Position numbers and translations under genes: made by a program
DNA from: Octopus sinensis
Taxonomy: Eukaryota
NCBI RefSeq assembly: GCF_006345805.1
Contig: NC_043008.1
Span: 558,001 to 622,000, forward strand
Reading direction: 5' to 3'
Length of the DNA stretch: 64,000 nt
In this document: one piece after another, positions 14,203-25,971 of the stretch
How positions within the stretch are numbered: position 1 is the stretch's first letter
Layout of the letters: the number at the start of each line of letters is the position of its first letter
Notes under the pieces: model-generated
What the model was told of the DNA's origin: nothing
The model's input: the letters and a program-made list of their open reading frames with translations, nothing else
Database searches by the model: none

Positions 14203-14445
14203 TATTATTATTATTATTATTATTATTGTTATCATTATTAGAACGGGTGAGGGCGGCGAGCTGGCAGAATCGTTAGCAAACTGAGCGAAACGCTTAGCGG
14301 TATTTCGTCTGTCTTTACGTTCTGATTTAAAATTCCGCCGCGGTCGACTTTTCTTTTCAACTTTTCGGGGTCGATAAAATAAGTACCAGCTAAACTCTGG
14401 GGTCGATGAAATCGACTTACTCCCTCCCCCGAAACTGCTGGCCTT
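13888..14445 (+). mobile_element. Two SINE family A copies embedded in (ATT)n tracts
   Basis: Copies at about 13888-14100 and 14250-14445, separated and preceded by (ATT)n/(ATC)n. Confidence 0.85.
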
Positions 14446-14809
14446 GATTGATGTTCGATCACACTACTAAAAGCTGTACCTAACTCATTAATCCATTACC
14501 CGCGATTATGGCTACGATTCCTAACAAAAGAACATCAATGTTATTATAGATAGATAAAATCTTTGTGGAATACTTTTTCTCGGTCTGAAAAACTTTTAAT
14601 AGGAAATTACTTACGCGTTAAACTTTGTAATTCCTATTAGTAAATGAAACACCTGCCATGGAGAATTTTAAAAAACACCAAAATGTCTCTACTTTCCTGT
14701 TTCGTTATATCGTCATATTGGACAATCGAACTTTAAAAATAACAATAACAAAAAAAACAAGAGGACGTGTACGCGGAATGTATTAGTTTGACGCTTGGTA
14801 AAAGGAGAG

Positions 14810-14846
14810 TTTTCGACGTTTCGAGCATAGCTCTTCGTCAGAAAGA
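14810..14846 (-). ncRNA. Minimal type I hammerhead ribozyme (Penelope-type)
   Basis: Minus strand: TTT CTGACGA A GAGC TAT GCTC GAAA CG TC GAAA; palindromic stem III ACGT, GUC site. Lies in a repeat (about 14735-14885) homologous to about 52450-52630. Confidence 0.7.
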
Positions 14847-15141
14847 AAAACGGAAAAGTTCGGAGAAGGAAAAATATTACCAACAACATGTATGTTTGTT
14901 TGTTTGTGTGTGTGTCTATATATATATAATTTTATATGAGTTAGTCTCTTAATCTCTAGCTACTCGGAGTTTGATCTGGAGGTGCAGAGTGACTTTAAGC
15001 AAATTACATAACTTTCTTGAAGGCCTTGTGCACCTACGGGTGAAACTCGGCTAGAAACTGACCCGACCAAAAAATAAAATATATAAATTTCAAGAATAGC
15101 ATTGAGTACCCTGTGACTTCCTTACAACCAGCACGAAACGT

Positions 15142-15208
<67 letters not shown>

Positions 15209-15369
15209 TACATACATGCATATATGTTTACATATGCTTGCCTTTTACACACACGCACACACACACCAATACACACGTATGTATATGTTTATATTGAATG
15301 AGAAAAAACAAGAAAAAGCATGCGAGGGACAAACTTCCATTTTCTACAAAGTTACCTACATATACATAT

Positions 15370-15472
<103 letters not shown>

Positions 15473-16566
15473 ATAATTATGTATATATATATTATATATA
15501 TATATATATATAATATTTATATTTTATATATATATATATATACATACATATATATATATATAATACATATATATATACACATACATATATATATATACAG
15601 AGAGAGAGGGAAGAGAGAGAGAGAAGAGAGAGAGAGAGAGAAGAGAATGATCGATAACATAGTTAGACAGATAGCTTGATGGAAAGAGAAAATGAATGAA
15701 TGAGTGAGCGTAAACACGAACGGTAAGATTGAAGACGATTATATATAGTCAGAGAGGGAGGCTGAAATTGTGTGCGTATGTGTGTGTGCGAGAGCGAGCG
15801 AGAGGGAGAGAGAGAGAGAAAAGAAGGAGGAAGAAAGAGAGAGACAGCACGACGTGGGGGAGGAGGACGCAACAAAGAGATGATGATAGGACAAATACTT
15901 GATTACAGGAAAATATCATAAATATAAATACGAGAGGAATTGAGAAAAAGAGAGAATAAGCAGACAGACGGGGGGGGAGGAGGGAGAGAAGGAAGAGATT
16001 AGGAGGAGAGGAAGAAAAAGGAGAGGAGGGGGCAGGAGGAGGAGGAGGAAGGAAAATATATATAACAGTGTGAGAAAGAAAAAGTTAAGAAGCAGAGAAC
16101 ATAACCAAATAAATCAAAATAAATTAGAGACAAGAGAAGTAGACACGGACAGACAGATAAAAAAAAAAGAATTGGCAGATGGACAGACAAGCAATCATCT
16201 AAGACAGGTAGTTATACAAATAGGTAGATAAGCAAATACATAAAAATGGAAATAGATCTTCCGTCGGTTATAAAGCTTGAGTATTTTCCAGTTGTTCGAT
16301 TGTTCGATTAACTACAGAATTACCAAGACATTGGTTTTTTGTTTTTTTTTACTTTTGATCTTATTGGCCGAGTATTCCAGTGTCTCATTGCATTTGTGAA
16401 TCTATCATTGAAAACAGAACACACGTGCACATAGTATGTATGTATGTATGTATGTATGTATGTATGTGTATATATTATACACAGACACACACATATAGAT
16501 ATATATATATATAATATATGCAATGTATATAGATGTGAGTGTGCGTATGCTTGTGTGCGTGCGTAT

Positions 16567-16647
<81 letters not shown>

Positions 16648-16677
16648 CATACACACACACACATATATATATATATC

Positions 16678-17085
16678 TGATGACTGGCATATTAACTCTT
16701 CGTACGTTCGGCATGTTCGAATGCAAATAGGCTAGTAGCTGTTGCATTCGTCCCAGGAGAGCAGCCTCTTCTTTACGACGTCTACGTGCCCATAATGCAC
16801 CGAGTTCATCCCATTCAAGGGATTCCGAGATACGGGTAGTTCGACCTGTAGTGTTTCGTCAACCAGAAGTACCCGCACCTATGAATCAAACACGGACCGA
16901 TGGCCTTGCTTGTAATTTCATCGATCAAAGTGTTCGATGACCAATGCTGATATCTGCCTACCCGTAAGTAATCGCCATTCACATGGTGAACACTGCGATT
17001 CGAAACGACGATTTGTATATTTATTCTTAATAAATTCCGCCTGATTCGAACACAAATTTGCTAATCGCTGTTGTGTTTGTCATCA
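16678..17085 (+). mobile_element. Probable solo LTR
   Basis: TG...CA termini with 7-bp inverted ends TGATGAC/GTCATCA, about 408 bp, AATAAA about 55 bp before the 3' end, more GC-rich than flanks. No clear TSD. Confidence 0.45.
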
Positions 17086-17094
17086 GTGAACAAC

Positions 17095-17310
17095 TACCTA
17101 TTTCTTTACTACCCAAAAGGGGCTAAACACAGAAGGGACAAACAAGGACAGACAAACGGATTAAGTCGATTATATCGACCCCAGTGTGTAACTGGTACTT
17201 AATTTATCGACACGGAAAGGATGAAAGGCAAAGTTGACCTCGGCGGAATTTGAACTCAGAACGTAACGACAGACAAAATACGGCTACGTTTCTGCCAGCT
17301 TGCCGCCTTG
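17095..17310 (-). mobile_element. SINE family A
   Basis: Reverse complement of the family A core and tail. Confidence 0.88.
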
Positions 17311-17604
17311 CCAGTGAACTACCACCGAGGAAATATATTATGGAAAGCCTTTCTTGTCTTTTGATAACACACGAAGCAGTCAAATTCACATTAGATTTTG
17401 AAGTATTTCATAGTGCTGCCGTGGTACATTTGTAGCCTCCTTACTGTCTCGGTTCTACTACAATCTTGTCAACGACCCGGTTGCAGTTGTTCGGCAAAAC
17501 ATTTGATGTAGCTGCTTCACCTGCATCAGAAGGTCTCAAATCAAGTCACTTTGAAAACAAGTACTACTTCAAGATCTGTGTGTGTGTGTTTGTGTGCATA
17601 TGGG

Positions 17605-17830
17605 AAAGTGCATGCCTCAATGCCTAGGGCGTCGGGCTCACAATCGTGAGGTGAATTCGATCCTCGGTCCGAGTTGTGTGTTGTGTTCTTGAGCAAGACA
17701 CTTTATTTCACGTTGCTCCAGTTCACTCAGCCGTAGAAATGACTTGTGACGTCACTAGTGCCAAGCCGTATCGACCTTTGGCTTTTGCTCGGCCATCGTT
17801 GGTAGCGTGGAGAGGGGCAGCAACTAACCA
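17605..17830 (+). mobile_element. SINE family C (MetaSINE-like core)
   Basis: tRNA-like head plus TGTTCTTGAGCAAGACACTTTATTTCACGTTGCTCCAGTTCACTCAG. Confidence 0.75.
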
Positions 17831-17992
17831 CTACGGAATGTAAAACCCTTCTGTCACACATTTGTCTCTCGCTTTTTAATTGTTCCTTGAAGAAGGACGC
17901 TGTCCGTATTTTTGCATCTTTTACTCCTCACGGCAAGTTCACTGGGCGTTGATTTGGTCCACGGAAATAGAAAGAAGCCCCTCGCGCGCCGC

Positions 17993-18036
<44 letters not shown>

Positions 18037-18373
18037 TATACATATATATACATATATATAATAATAGTTATCGCCATACTAATATGGCATTCTTATAAAA
18101 ATAAGAATAAAGCTGTCCGCTTATTAGCTCCATGAGGCCATCGCCTTAAGTTAGCTAATAAGCGGACAGCTTTATTCTTATTTTTATAAGAATGCCATAT
18201 TAGTATGGCGATAACTATTATTTTCCGAAAACGCTGCCGTTGTTCTCTTTTAGAGAGACTTAGTAATTTTAATATTTCTATTATTGAAAACAAGTGGATG
18301 TATTCCACCGAAGCTAGGTAAATAAAACCTTCGAACAGAGATTGTCAGAAGCGACACCTACTGGTCTGGCTAC

Positions 18374-18416
18374 GCTGCATTGAAAAGGGGCAATACCCCG
18401 AAAACGCGTCTGTAGC
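18374..18416 (+). ncRNA. Type I hammerhead ribozyme, U3-A8 core variant (copy 1)
   Basis: GCTGCA TTGAAAA GGGG CAATA CCCC GAAAA CGCG TC TGTAGC. Has one extra A versus copy 2, possibly a homopolymer error. Predicted cleavage after 18410. Confidence 0.75.
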
Positions 18417-18737
18417 TGCCGGTCAAGTAGTGTGGAGCGACTGACCTCCCTTGTTCGAAGGTTATATGGATACAGTTTGTGTATCAAATAGCTAACTTAG
18501 GCGATGGCCTCATGGAGCTAATAAGCGGACAGCTTTATTCTTATTTTTATAAGAATGCCATATTAATATGCGATAACTATTATTTTCCGGAAAAACGCTG
18601 CCGTTGTTCTCTTTTAGAGAGACTTAGTAATTTTAATATTTCTATTATTGAAAACAAGTGGATGTATTCCACCGAAGCTAGGTAAATAAAACCTTCGAAC
18701 AGAGATTGTCAGAAGCGACACCTACTGGTCTGGCTAC

Positions 18738-18779
18738 GCTGCATTGAAAAGGGGCAATACCCCGAAACGCGTCTGTAGC
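18738..18779 (+). ncRNA. Type I hammerhead ribozyme, U3-A8 core variant (copy 2)
   Basis: GCTGCA TTGAAAA GGGG CAATA CCCC GAAA CGCG TC TGTAGC: 6-bp stem I, 4-bp stem II, palindromic stem III ACGCGT, GUC site. Predicted cleavage after 18773. Confidence 0.82.
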
Positions 18780-19044
18780 TGCCGGTCAAGTAGTGTGGAG
18801 CGACTGACCTCCCTTGTTCGAAGGTTATATGGATACAGTTTGTGTATCAAATAGCTAACTTAAGGCGATGGCCTCATGGAGCTAATAAGCGGACAGCTTT
18901 ATTCTTATTTTTATAAGAATGCCATATTAATATGGCGATAACTATTATTTTCCGGAAACGCTGCCGTTGTTCTCTTTTAGAGAGACTAAGTAATTTTAAT
19001 ATTTCTATTACATATATATACATATGATATATATATACATATAC

Positions 19045-19090
<46 letters not shown>

Positions 19091-19139
19091 AACATATATA
19101 TATGTATGTGTGTGTGTATGTATGGAGATGTGTATGTGT

Positions 19140-19370
19140 GTGTGTTTTGGTTTCTGTGTTTGTCCTTTATCGCTTGACAACCGGTGTTGGTGTGTTTACG
19201 CCCCCCCCCCCGTAACTTAGCGGTTCCGCATAAGAGGCCGATAGACTAAGTACCAGACTTTAAAAAATATAGTTATTCCGGTCGATTTGTTCGACTAAAA
19301 TTCTTCAAAGCATTGCTCCAGCATGGCTGCAGTCTAATGACTGAAACAAGTAGAAAATAAAAGATTAAAT
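19140..19370 (+). mobile_element. 3' half of a SINE family B copy (5' half near 17940-17985)
   Basis: CGCTTGACAACCGGTGTTGGTGTGTTTACG...CAGCATGGCTGCAGTCTAATGACTGAAACAAG. Confidence 0.82.
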
Positions 19371-19442
19371 AAAAACGCTATATACACATATGCATGGAAG
19401 TGCACGCACACACCACACACACATACACACACACACACACAC

Positions 19443-19481
<39 letters not shown>

Positions 19482-20026
19482 GAAAGAATAAAGAGGAAAG
19501 AACATGTAAACAGCCAAACGTAGTTACATATTCAAAAAGTGTGTGTAGATAAAGGTGTAGAAATAACTGAAGCCATAAAATATGGCTAATTCGATATCTC
19601 ACTTGTAATCCCTATATATATCGCCTGGCTTATTTGTGCTGATGCCGATATAATTTAATATATTCCCCTCTTGTGCCCAGCCACAAAATATCAGCATTTA
19701 GAATGATAATATTGGTGTGTTTGTAGAAATGATGGATCTCTGGGTTAGGTCCCCTTTGAGTTTGGATCCCGTTGGAATTGCTTTATCTCTGGTTGTCTGG
19801 ATTCCGTAAAATAATAGCTTCTAACGTATGTAAAACACCAAAGAGTGATTCAATGTAGATATTTGATTGGTCCATTATTTTATCTACACTAGATAAAGGG
19901 CAGAATTGACTCAGATCTCACCGAACATGAACGAATCACGTAAGAGATTTTGTCTGAAGCTTTAACCACACTGTCAGTTTATTAACCTTAGGTGGGGTGG
20001 GCTGGGTCGAGGAAGCGGTAATATAA

Positions 20027-20397
20027 TCGTCTCTGCTCTAGGCAGAAGGCCCGAAGTTTTTTTTTTTTGGTGGGGGGAGGCCAGTCGATTAGATTGGCCC
20101 TATTACGCAACTGGTACTTAATTTATCGACTCCAAAAGGATGAAAGGCAAAGTCGACCTCGGCGGAATTTGAACTCAGAACGTAAAGACAGACGAAAAAC
20201 CTATTTCTTTACTACCCACAAGGGGACAAACAATTACAGACAAACGGATTAAGTCGATTACATCGACACCAGTGCGTAACTGGTACTTAATTTATCGACT
20301 CCGAAAGGATGAAAGGCAAAGTCGACCTCGGTGGAATTTGAACTCACAACGTAACGACAGACGAAAAACCACTAAGCATTTCGCCCGGCGTGCTAAC
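20027..20397 (-). mobile_element. SINE family A dimer
   Basis: Two cores; TSD-like GAAGCGGTAAWATAAT at about 20011 and 20398. Confidence 0.88.
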
Positions 20398-20514
20398 GAA
20401 GCGGTAAAATAATGTCTGTAATTTACCGTAATGTAATTCAAATAACCATACACACTTTCCCTGAAATAATCGACCAGACGGAAAAGAATAATAATAATAA
20501 GACAACGAAAAGGA

Positions 20515-20922
20515 TGTATGGTTAAGAAGCTCGCTCTACAGGCCCATGGTTCTCGGGTTCGGTCTCATTGCTCCGCGATGAAACAATAAAGTGTCTTCAA
20601 CTGAAGCCTCGGGTCAAATAATCTAATAATGCTTTGTGATTGAATTTAGAAGTGGAAGTCCGTCGTTGCTCGCGCGCACACATACACATACAGGTATGTG
20701 TATGTGTGTCTATTTGCTTTTGTTTCTCTCTCCTCTCTCTCTCTCTCTCTGATACCTGATAACCGATGTTGTTTTGTTTACGTTTCCGTAGGTTTGCGGT
20801 TCTGCAAAAGAGAATAATTACCAGACTTCAAAATAAATACCAGGGTCGGTTTGTTCAACTAAAGACTTCGAAGCAGTGCCCCAGCATGGCCACAGACCAG
20901 TGGCTAAAACGAGTATAAAAAG
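20515..20922 (+). mobile_element. SINE family B, diverged
   Basis: Head, internal simple repeat and CCCAGCATGGCCACAG tail. Confidence 0.75.
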
Positions 20923-22510
20923 ACGTGGTGGGAAATGGTAAGTGTTGCGTATACTTGAGATAGATAGAATGATAGACAGATAAACGATAAGAGATAAGAA
21001 GAAAATCAGGTAAAAATAAAAATTAGTTGGAAATCAACATCTATATCGGTCGTCTGCTTTATTCAATCTTGTGAATGGTCAGTAAGTCTGTTTATTCAGA
21101 CGTCTGTTCGCCAAAATAAGCTGGTCGTTCTAGTTGTTGCCTGACATGTTGTATGTCTGGAAATAAATATATTTGTATTGATTGGTTTTATTGCTATATA
21201 TATTTTAGTTTTCGACTGTTTTTCGATAGTTGTTTTCGATTCCTTTCTCTCTCTCTCTCTCTCTTTTTTTTTTTAGCTGAATAATAAACACAAATATTTA
21301 ATATCTCTTTTGTAATTTGTTTTGTTATTATTTTACTGTTTTCTTTTTTTACCTCTCTCTCTCTCTCTCTCTCTCTCTGATGACCAAGTCGATTCGACAC
21401 AATGTTTTTCTTCTTCTTTTCATTTTTTAATTCTTTGGTCGAGACACTTAACTCTCAACAACTCTATCTTCGTGTAAATAGGTAGTAATACGGCGTGTAT
21501 TATTGCTGTAAATGCTGTAAAAACTGATTAAATAATTTGTTAGTCATTAGTCGTGAGTTCAATTCCTACTGCCGGGCAACGTGCCCATCCAAAAGAGGAG
21601 TGTCTTTTACTACCTGCAGAAACCACAGAAATTCTACAATTGATTGAAATATGATAGATTTCCCGTCTTAGTTAAAACGCATGGCTTAGTGGTTCGAATC
21701 TTCAAGTCCTGGACCAGGAGGCAAGTTGTGTCTTTGAGCAAGACGCCTCATCCCATATCACTCCAATCAACTCAGATGAAAATTAGTACAAGCTGGTTAC
21801 TGACGCAGCTTTCTTTCTCCTTCAGCTGTTGCACGCTGGATGTCTTGCAGGGTCAAGGATTAGTAGTGGAGCCCTGAATATGGCTATATCTGTTCGGCGT
21901 TATGTAATCACTTAAAAACAATTTGCAAAACTTTGGTATATGTTACCAAGTAAAACTCGCTCATGAAATCCTTACTTGTGAAATGAATTCTGATTCCCCT
22001 AATTTTTTTCTAAATGCAGCTCTTACTATGAAGTTTATCCTATGGTGTTCGAAAAATAAGAACCAGTCATATGATGAAGAACTTCCACGCTGGGCAAAAT
22101 GCTTAGCGGCATTTCGTCCGTCCTTACCTTCTGAGTTCAAATTCCTCCGAGGTCACCGTTGCCTGTCATCCAGTATTACCCTCCTTCTCTCTAAAAGATA
22201 TCAAATTCTCACTCTATACAAGATTCGATCATTTTAACCGTTGACATAAAAAAGACTATACTGATAATCGTATAACGCTCTGTCGTAATATCGTTAACTT
22301 AGAGACTCTAATCAACCAATTAAAATATTAATGGAGAAAAATGTTCTATTGATCTTACATATACTTGATTCATCTATGAGAGAAGTATAAGAGCATCCTC
22401 CATCGTTTAATTTCAAGTCATAGATTAACTGTCATCAATATAAAACTATTATAAACACTGGCTGTCGCTTAACAATGATACACCTACCTTGGTTATGTAT
22501 TATACGTGAG

Positions 22511-22826
22511 GGCGCGTGGCTTAGTGGTTAGGGAATTCGGCTCATGATCGTAAGGTTGTGAGTTCGATTCCCGGCGACGCGTTGTGTCCTTGAGCAAGAC
22601 ACTTTATTTCACGTTGCTCCAGTCCACTCAGCTGGCAAAAATGAGTTGTACTTGTATTTCAAAGGGTCAGCCTTGTCACTCTCTGTGTCACGCTGATTTT
22701 CCCCGAGAACTACGTTAAGGGTACACGTGTCTGTGGAATGCTCAGCCATTTGCACGTTAATTTCACGAGCAAGCTGTTCCGTTGATCGTATCAGCTGGGA
22801 CCCTCGTCGTCGTAACCGGCGGAGTC
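22511..22826 (+). mobile_element. SINE family C, full length
   Basis: A box TGGCTTAGTGG, B box GTTCGATTCC, core GTGTCCTTGAGCAAGACACTTTATTTCAC. Close copy at 38113-38420. Confidence 0.9.
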
Positions 22827-23039
22827 TTTTTTTAATGTATTATACAGTTTCCTTAATAAACGCATTGACCTTATCATTAACGAAAAGTCTGAAGAAGAGC
22901 CGATCAACGGCCAATCTTCATCAACCGAGTTAGGACGTGTATGACTTCTGACGAACAGATTTTCTAAGCAAGTCCTCCAGTGGAATCCTTAGAGGTAACG
23001 GTGTTGGGACATCTTCAGATGAACTGGCCCCAGAAGATC

Positions 23040-23300
23040 GACAGAGACCTTCAGCTGGTAAATCTACGATGGATCGATGCATTGAAGGTGGTTGTCTCAC
23101 GCGTCAACCAATACAGGAACACTTGAAGTTATAAACGTACTTGTTCCACCCTTGGTTACTTATGTTTAAAGTATGCATGGGTAGCCGATAGGTCGCATAT
23201 ATTTTTTAGATCAAAGAACTCCCCGGTCATTACTGAATTCCAGAACAGAAATTATTAGCAAATACAATACATGGACAAGTGTCTTTTGTCGAACTGGAGA
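23040..23300 (+). pseudogene. Penelope-like element endonuclease C-terminal relic
   Basis: YLCLK...LLNSRTEIISK..(fs)..KCLLSNW matches the PLE C-terminal motif C.LC..EK...LLN.R.E..SKC.H..K..L.N. Confidence 0.55.
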
Positions 23301-24224
23301 ACAGCACCCTCTCCGGATTGAACAGCTCCATCACAGACTCTAGACCCTTTCCGTTAATTCTACACCATCTAGCCTTACGACTCTAATATTTTCCCCATTT
23401 CTCCTTTCTTTTTGCGTTTTATTTTATCATTCCACTTTTCTAACCCCACTTCATCTCGTTTTCTCGTCGTGATTTCTCTTGTTTTGTCCTGATTTGTATA
23501 ATAGCCTATATAAATCCAGAGCCTAAGATTACTTTGAGACTCTAGGCGTGTTTTAAAACCTATCTAGATAGTATTTTCAACGTATGAAACTATTAGTAGC
23601 TCATAACTAAGTACAGTGTACATTAAACAATATTCATCTCTCACCAGATGGAATATTTTCTGTTGATTTCAGTTTAACAGAAATGTCAGCTATGAAGACA
23701 TAACCTTGATTAACATCCATAAAGCATTATTCATCAACATTGAAGATGGGTTAAACCATAACTATGTCGAAACGATGTTTTACCAAACAAAGAGATTAAC
23801 TTCAAAAACAGACTGAATGTCTTTCAAACGCGACGACACACATTTAGAAATTTTATAATTTTTTTTCTCTGGTACATACAAAATTTGAATTTTTAGATAT
23901 ATTTCCTAAAATTTTGAATTATTTCCATGGAATTTATTTCTAGAAAATTTCATTCCATTTTTCTAATGTTTTTATTGGGTAAGTGTGATATTGTGACAGC
24001 TTCTTGGCACACTTCCTATGTGCTCTCTAGATATTCCAGCATTTCTATATTGATTTTAGCTTGAAACAACTGTTGCGTATACATAAATGTACACAAATAC
24101 CACATACAAATACACAATACAAGCATGCGCAGCCCCTCGGGTATATATATATTTATAGCACCGCGATGGTACTCCAGCATGACCGCAGAAATAACTATAA
24201 GAGTAAAAAAGTATATATATATAT

Positions 24225-24600
24225 ATCATCTCATCTAGGTTGTCCCATAGGATACCCCTTATTCATAGGGGTTTGGGTTGCGCATACTACAGGAGTCACA
24301 GGGTGGTCCTCCATGTGGTCCCGCAGTTTCCATCTAACTAGGAATATTAGGGTCTTATCTATTCTCTTGTATTCAAGATCTTCTGATGACATCCTGCTAG
24401 TTCAAAGCCAAGAATCTGGTCTGTCAGATCCTGCCGATAACTAAATCCACGCCCTGCTGCCGACGCTTCGATTTATTGTCGTTAAGGTTCTGTCTGTCTC
24501 CTATCCTTCGACTTGTCTGACCTGGTAAGACCAGCCTGAAGATTTCTCTCCAGCATAGCTCTCCGGAGCACACAGACACTTCACCGCGACAAAGTAATTT
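24225..24600 (-). mobile_element. RTE-derived non-autonomous (bipartite) element
   Basis: Minus strand begins with RTE-5'UTR-like TTGTCGCGGTG..GAGAGCTATGCTGG..CAGACAAGTCGAAGGATAGG and ends with a GATGAGATGAT tail. Confidence 0.4.
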
Positions 24601-24957
24601 TTGGAACGACAGGGAGTCATACCAAAATCTTTATCAAAATCTATACCCGTGTGCGAAGCCAAAGTTACCTCCATGAGAACTTCTTATGAAAGATGACATC
24701 AGATGATGGAAGCCACCTCCTCTGGAAGAGCAGGACAACTGCCACAAAGACCCGATGTACTTGTACTTTCAGAAATGTCTGCTTCTGGAAGGTACGAAGC
24801 AAGCGCGGATTCTTACCATGTGTACACAATTCACACGATTTCTTCCTGATTCGAAAGAGAATATTGGTAAAGTAACAATTCCAAACCAGGACCTTCTAGT
24901 AGAACGTAAAATAATATTCTCTCAAGTCTGGCAGAGCAACTATAAAAAGCTAGCGAC

Positions 24958-25094
24958 AAGAATTGACATGGGTATTGTGTTCTTACTAATATTTTATGTG
25001 TGATTGTTCTAGGAGTCATGTCTATTTAAAATACATGACACCTAGAACAATTACATATTAAGAATTAGTAAGAACACGATACACAAGTAATTCT
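24958..25094. repeat. Foldback palindrome (MITE-like)
   Basis: Arms GTGTTCTTACTAAT..TTGTTCTAGGAGTCATGT / ACATGACACCTAGAACAA..ATTAGTAAGAACAC. Confidence 0.8.
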
Positions 25095-25803
25095 AAAGTC
25101 CACCTTTTTCTTTAATAAATTATTATCTTTTCTTATTCCTGATGAATAATCTTTGACAACTCAGATTCTTAAAATGAATTTATTGTCTTTCTGTGCGAAA
25201 CGATTGTCTAGCGAATTGTATAAATATTTTATCCCATATCAACATCTAATCTCCTCCATTTATGAAAAATATGATTGAATTCGTCGAACATCGTTCTATA
25301 ACTTGAATTATGTACTTAATATACTTATATAACTTTTCATATCTGCGCCATTTTACACGAGTAAATTCTAAGTAAAGTATGATGAATCAATGTTAGAAAT
25401 CTTTTGGAAACTAATGCAATTAAGGGATGAATCCTCATTCGACCATTTTATACACCGTATACACACACACACCCACACACATATATATATATATATGTTT
25501 ATATATATATACATATATAAATGTGTGTATATGTATATATATACATATATATAATGTATATATATATACGTATATATATATATATATATATGTATATATG
25601 CATGTATGTAGGTAGTATGTATGTATATACAAATAATTGTAAGGGCAATTAACCCAATGTTTCTGCTGTTCTAACGGCGTTTCTACGTTCGAAAATATAT
25701 TATCTTATTTGTATCTATATACACCTTTCGGCGCTCATAAAAGATAAACAAAACGAATGTTTGCTTGTTTATATTTATTCACGTGATTACAAATATATGT
25801 ATA

Positions 25804-25895
<92 letters not shown>

Positions 25896-25902
25896 GTATA
25901 TA

Positions 25903-25971
<69 letters not shown>

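Larger units (their letters stand above)
18061..19010 (+). mobile_element. Retrozyme-like / non-autonomous Penelope-like tandem array (363-364 bp unit, about 2.4 copies plus 5' inverted segment)
   Basis: Direct repeats start at 18153, 18516 and 18880. 18061-18157 is an inverted partial unit. Each full unit carries one HHR; no ORF; (TA)n on both flanks. Confidence 0.85.

Noticed and set aside
18153-19010. CRISPR-like or plain satellite reading of the tandem array
   Set aside because: No unique spacers or cas genes, and the context is eukaryotic. The HHR fold and inverted end explain it better.
21377-21455. CTGATGA with GACCAA/TTGGTC pairing as a hammerhead
   Set aside because: GAAA is absent (GAGA) and there is no stem I pairing.
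22511-22580. tRNA gene (also the other SINE heads)
   Set aside because: A and B boxes are present but run straight into SINE cores; these are tRNA-derived heads.
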